64,000 nt of DNA, from positions 329,994-393,993 of the forward strand of contig JBFXEV010000001.1 in the NCBI GenBank assembly GCA_050179755.1, in the 5' to 3' direction. The notes under the pieces were generated by a model. That model saw only the letters and a list, made by a program, of their open reading frames with translations, was not told the DNA's origin and ran no database searches. The translations under genes and the position numbers were made by a program. The first letter of the stretch is position 1. Each line of letters opens with the position of its first letter. The stretch is from Candidatus Babeliales bacterium (GTDB lineage: Bacteria > Babelota > Babeliae > Babelales > JBFXEV01). Below, piece by piece: positions 61,105-64,000 of the stretch.

Positions 61105-61119
61105 AGTTGTTCATCCTAG

Positions 61120-61821
61120 TCAAATCTCATGCAACTTGCCATTATGCAATTCCAATATAACATCCATTCTTTGAGCTACCGCCAAGTCATGAGTGCTCAA
61201 AATAACACCCATGCCATATTTTTGCTGATTTTCAAGCAGCACATCAATCATGCGCGCACCGGTTTGTTCATCTAAATTGCCAGTGGGCTCATCTGCCACC
61301 ACAAAATCCGGTTGGTCAAAAAGTGCGCGCGCAAGAGCAACGCGTTGTTGTTGCCCACCTGATAGCTCAGTGGGCAGAGCATCAATTTTATCAAGAAGCT
61401 GCACAGTTTCAAGCAATGTTATTGCTTGTTCATAACATTCTTGCCTTGTTCGCCCGGTGCTTATTCCTTTTAACATAACATTTTCACTAGCAGAAAGCTC
61501 ATCTAAAAGATAAGCATTTTGCAACAAAATACCAAATGCTTGCTGCAAATACATTTGTTTTTGTTTTTTAGTACACAAGGCCAAATTGGTATCATCATAA
61601 AAAATAGCGCCAGAAGTTGGCTCCTCAAACCCTACAATAAGATGAAGCAATGTAGATTTACCTGTTCCTGATGCACCCATAATTGCAAAGGTGCGACCTT
61701 TCGTAAAAGTATAGGAGAGCCTATCAACAACAACTTGTTGATTATCTGCTGCCACAAATGTTTTTGAAACATCACTGAGCGATATCTTGTTAATAGAGCA
61801 TGGTTTGATTAATTTGTTCAT
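61120..61821 (-). CDS. ABC transporter ATP-binding protein, LolD-like
   Basis: GASGTGKST, LSGGQQQRVALARAL, ADEPTGNLD, STHD. Confidence 0.88.
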   Translation of the reverse strand: MNKLIKPCSINKISLSDVSKTFVAADNQQVVVDRLSYTFTKGRTFAIMGASGTGKSTLLHLIVGFEEPTSGAIFYDDTNLALCTKKQKQMYLQQAFGILLQNAYLLDELSASENVMLKGISTGRTRQECYEQAITLLETVQLLDKIDALPTELSGGQQQRVALARALFDQPDFVVADEPTGNLDEQTGARMIDVLLENQQKYGMGVILSTHDLAVAQRMDVILELHNGKLHEI

Positions 61822-63106
61822 GTAAACAACTCCATATTAACGTTAGAAGCTTATATTAAATCGGGCTGATTCATACATACGGACAGTTTACAGCGCCCGT
61901 TGCAACATCGGCAGATATTGCAATCCTACGGATATTCTGACTTGCATTTAAGTCACTGTGCCGCTGGATACCACATAATTTACAGCGAAAACGATGCTTA
62001 GAGCGTACACCAATAGATCCACATATTGCACAAGTTTTGCTTGTATAAGCTGGATTAACATATACTGTTCTTAAGCCCTTTTCATGAGCCTTATATTCAA
62101 TAAATCCTTGTAATTGTGCAAATGCCCAACCATGTAAGCGGCTTCTCATTCGCTTACCAGCCTTAATACGACTACGAATATTAGTTAGCTCTTCCATGCC
62201 AATGGTGTTGCAACCATGCGCAATAGCTTCTTTAACAACATCTTTACTTGCTACGTGATTAACATGTCTTATACGACGTGCTTCTTTCCCAGAGATTTTT
62301 TTCAGGAGTTGCCTTGAACTCTTTGTACCGTTGGATTGAAGTCTTCTACGTAACGCTAAAAACTTGTTTCGATCATGTATTAGCTTATCACCCCCAATAA
62401 GTTTGCCCGATGATGTGGCAACTAAATTATTCACACCTGTATCAATTCCTAAAACCATACCATTTGATGGAAGCATAGGAGTCTCGAGAAAATCAAGAAC
62501 TAGATTAAAATACCAACAACCTTTTTTGTAAATTAATTCTGCTTCCTTGGATGTTCCTCGTTTAAGGTATTCTCGTTGGAATTCACCTAAGTGCGTGGAA
62601 ACCTTAATGCGTTTAGAAAGTGTATTGAGACTAATTATATCTTCTTTAATCGTATAAGTGCGCTTATCGAAGTGGACACTGGAGGTTGGTCTAAATATTA
62701 TATTTGTAACAACTTTTTTCTTTGCACGTTTTAATGAGTAAATTGCATCTGAAACAGCTCTTATAGCATTGCATACCATCTGAGCGCCCAATTTAGTATT
62801 CCTACGAAGCTCATAATATACCAAATGATGTAAAGCAACTTTATTATAACACTGCTTTGCATAAGCAATTGATGCAATTTCAGTGCAAGCAATATTATAT
62901 TCCTTCTGTAGTCGAGTTAAGGCCCGACTTTGCTCAGTGTTAGTTATTAATTTAATAGAAATCGTTCGTCTAATTACATTGCTCATTGAATTAAATCTTA
63001 ATAGAAATATTTTCTAGCTTTCATATTACAATTATACCCGAAATTGATTAATTTACCTAATGCTTTCTCCTACTTGACTAACGCAATGGTTTTCGGAAGC
63101 CGAAAA
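61822..63106 (-). mobile_element. Non-autonomous IS200/IS605-family (tnpB-only) element; ends approximate
   Basis: tnpB without tnpA; left-end-like segment with hairpin TTTTCGG-AAG-CCGAAAA at 63090-63106; right end ...GGAGTTGTTTAC on the minus strand. Confidence 0.6.
61871..62986 (-). CDS. tnpB: RNA-guided endonuclease TnpB
   Basis: RuvC-I GIDTG, RuvC-II MEEL, W.F.QL..FIEYKA, TSKTCAICG/CKLCG Zn finger, RuvC-III HSDLNASQNI. Confidence 0.92.
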   Translation of the reverse strand: MSNVIRRTISIKLITNTEQSRALTRLQKEYNIACTEIASIAYAKQCYNKVALHHLVYYELRRNTKLGAQMVCNAIRAVSDAIYSLKRAKKKVVTNIIFRPTSSVHFDKRTYTIKEDIISLNTLSKRIKVSTHLGEFQREYLKRGTSKEAELIYKKGCWYFNLVLDFLETPMLPSNGMVLGIDTGVNNLVATSSGKLIGGDKLIHDRNKFLALRRRLQSNGTKSSRQLLKKISGKEARRIRHVNHVASKDVVKEAIAHGCNTIGMEELTNIRSRIKAGKRMRSRLHGWAFAQLQGFIEYKAHEKGLRTVYVNPAYTSKTCAICGSIGVRSKHRFRCKLCGIQRHSDLNASQNIRRIAISADVATGAVNCPYV

Positions 63107-63271
63107 GAAACCATATGAAATACCGTTACAGACAGCTTTTTGTCTTGACTATGAAGTTGATACTTGTATTAGAAGTGTACCATACTTTAGAATGTTACTT
63201 AAGGGAACGATGCAAGCAAGGCAGCTCTGCCAAGCCACATCACAATGCCAACAACACCAAAAGGGGGTGTA

Positions 63272-64000
63272 ATGAAGAACATATCACCAATGCATAATCT
63301 TGAGAACATGCCGGGAAAACTGCCGGTGATTCCAACAATGGATGTGGTTGTTTTTCCACATACGATTGTACCATTGCTTGTCTTGGATGAAAAAATAATA
63401 AATGGCATTCAACAAGCAATCGACTCAACCAAACTGGTATTGCTTTTGGCAGCTAAAAAACAGGTAGACGATTACCAAGGCGCCATTGGCACAAAGGATT
63501 TATATTCTTATGGTACCGTTGCTTCTATTATGAGGGTTATTAAAGTGCCAGAAGGTGGGATTAAAATCCTTATTCAAGGTATTTGCAAAGCACAAGTATT
63601 AGATATTGTTACGGATAGTGACATGCTCCATGCGTCAATTCAACCCTTTATGCAAGAAGTACCAGAAGATGACCCTGAGTTACGTGCCCAGGTAAAAAAT
63701 ATTAAAGAATTAGCCGACCACATGGCTGCAAGCGGCCAATCATTTAGCCCTGATTTTCATATCATTCTTTCAAAAATGAACGATACACAGAAAATCGCAG
63801 ACTTTGTGCTTTCTCATCTTAATTTAACAGTACATGAAGCACAAGCATTACTCGAAAAACCTACTCACAAAGAATTTCTTGAAGGGCTCTATCTTTATTT
63901 AAGCCGCGAGATGGAAGTTGCACAAGTGCAAGAACGCATTAAAACGCGTGCTCGTGAATCAATGAACAAATCACAAAAAGAATATTATCTTCGCGAGCAA
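63272..64000 (+). CDS. lon: Lon protease, N-terminal part (runs off the window; absent from the ORF track)
   Basis: Manual translation: LPVIPTMDVVVFPHTIVPL..GTVASIMRVIKVPEGGIKILIQG..MNKSQKEYYLREQ; AGGGGG RBS. Confidence 0.93.
   Translation, partial: MKNISPMHNLENMPGKLPVIPTMDVVVFPHTIVPLLVLDEKIINGIQQAIDSTKLVLLLAAKKQVDDYQGAIGTKDLYSYGTVASIMRVIKVPEGGIKILIQGICKAQVLDIVTDSDMLHASIQPFMQEVPEDDPELRAQVKNIKELADHMAASGQSFSPDFHIILSKMNDTQKIADFVLSHLNLTVHEAQALLEKPTHKEFLEGLYLYLSREMEVAQVQERIKTRARESMNKSQKEYYLREQ

Noticed and set aside
59461..61821. murJ and the ABC ATPase as the export system of the glycan locus
   Set aside because: Motifs are those of housekeeping MurJ and LolD-like proteins, not Wzx/Wzt; they are convergent to the locus
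63044..63054. 11-nt match (AAATTAATCAA) between the predicted TnpB guide and the tnpB upstream region
   Set aside because: AT-only-rich match outside the guide seed; expected by chance in this genome

Overview
AT-rich bacterial DNA. The protein style (short Sec-type leaders on most ORFs, expanded paralogue families) suggests an intracellular protist-associated lineage such as Candidatus Dependentiae/Babelota; this taxonomy is my inference, not a search result. Left flank (1-9.2 kb): RelE-like toxin-antitoxin pair, a probable outer-membrane beta-barrel, a 1009-aa exported protein, comM, acpS, a small exported protein with an in-frame palindromic insertion, initiator tRNA-Met and a two-domain S1 protein. 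Core (9.2-59.1 kb): a ~50-kb glycan locus of 39 apparently intact genes plus at least 4 remnants. It holds 21 glycosyltransferase-like genes (GT2, GT32/DXD, GT4 WcaL-like, GT47 exostosin-like, one GT2-GT32 fusion), 2 UDP-glucose-type dehydrogenases, a eukaryote-type rhamnose epimerase/reductase, a pyruvyltransferase-family protein, 2 methyltransferases, 7 kinase-like proteins of two families, 4 PP-loop/Cys-cluster enzymes and a GNAT. Nearly all carry a signal-peptide-like N-terminus, including enzymes that are normally cytoplasmic, and about eleven carry polybasic K/R segments. I see no priming transferase, Wzx/Wzy, Wzm/Wzt or nucleotidyltransferase gene. The leading hypothesis is an exported glycan-building and modifying system. 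Right flank: Nudix Ap4A hydrolase, murJ, LolD-like ABC ATPase, a solo tnpB element and the 5' part of lon. All family calls come from motif recognition by eye.
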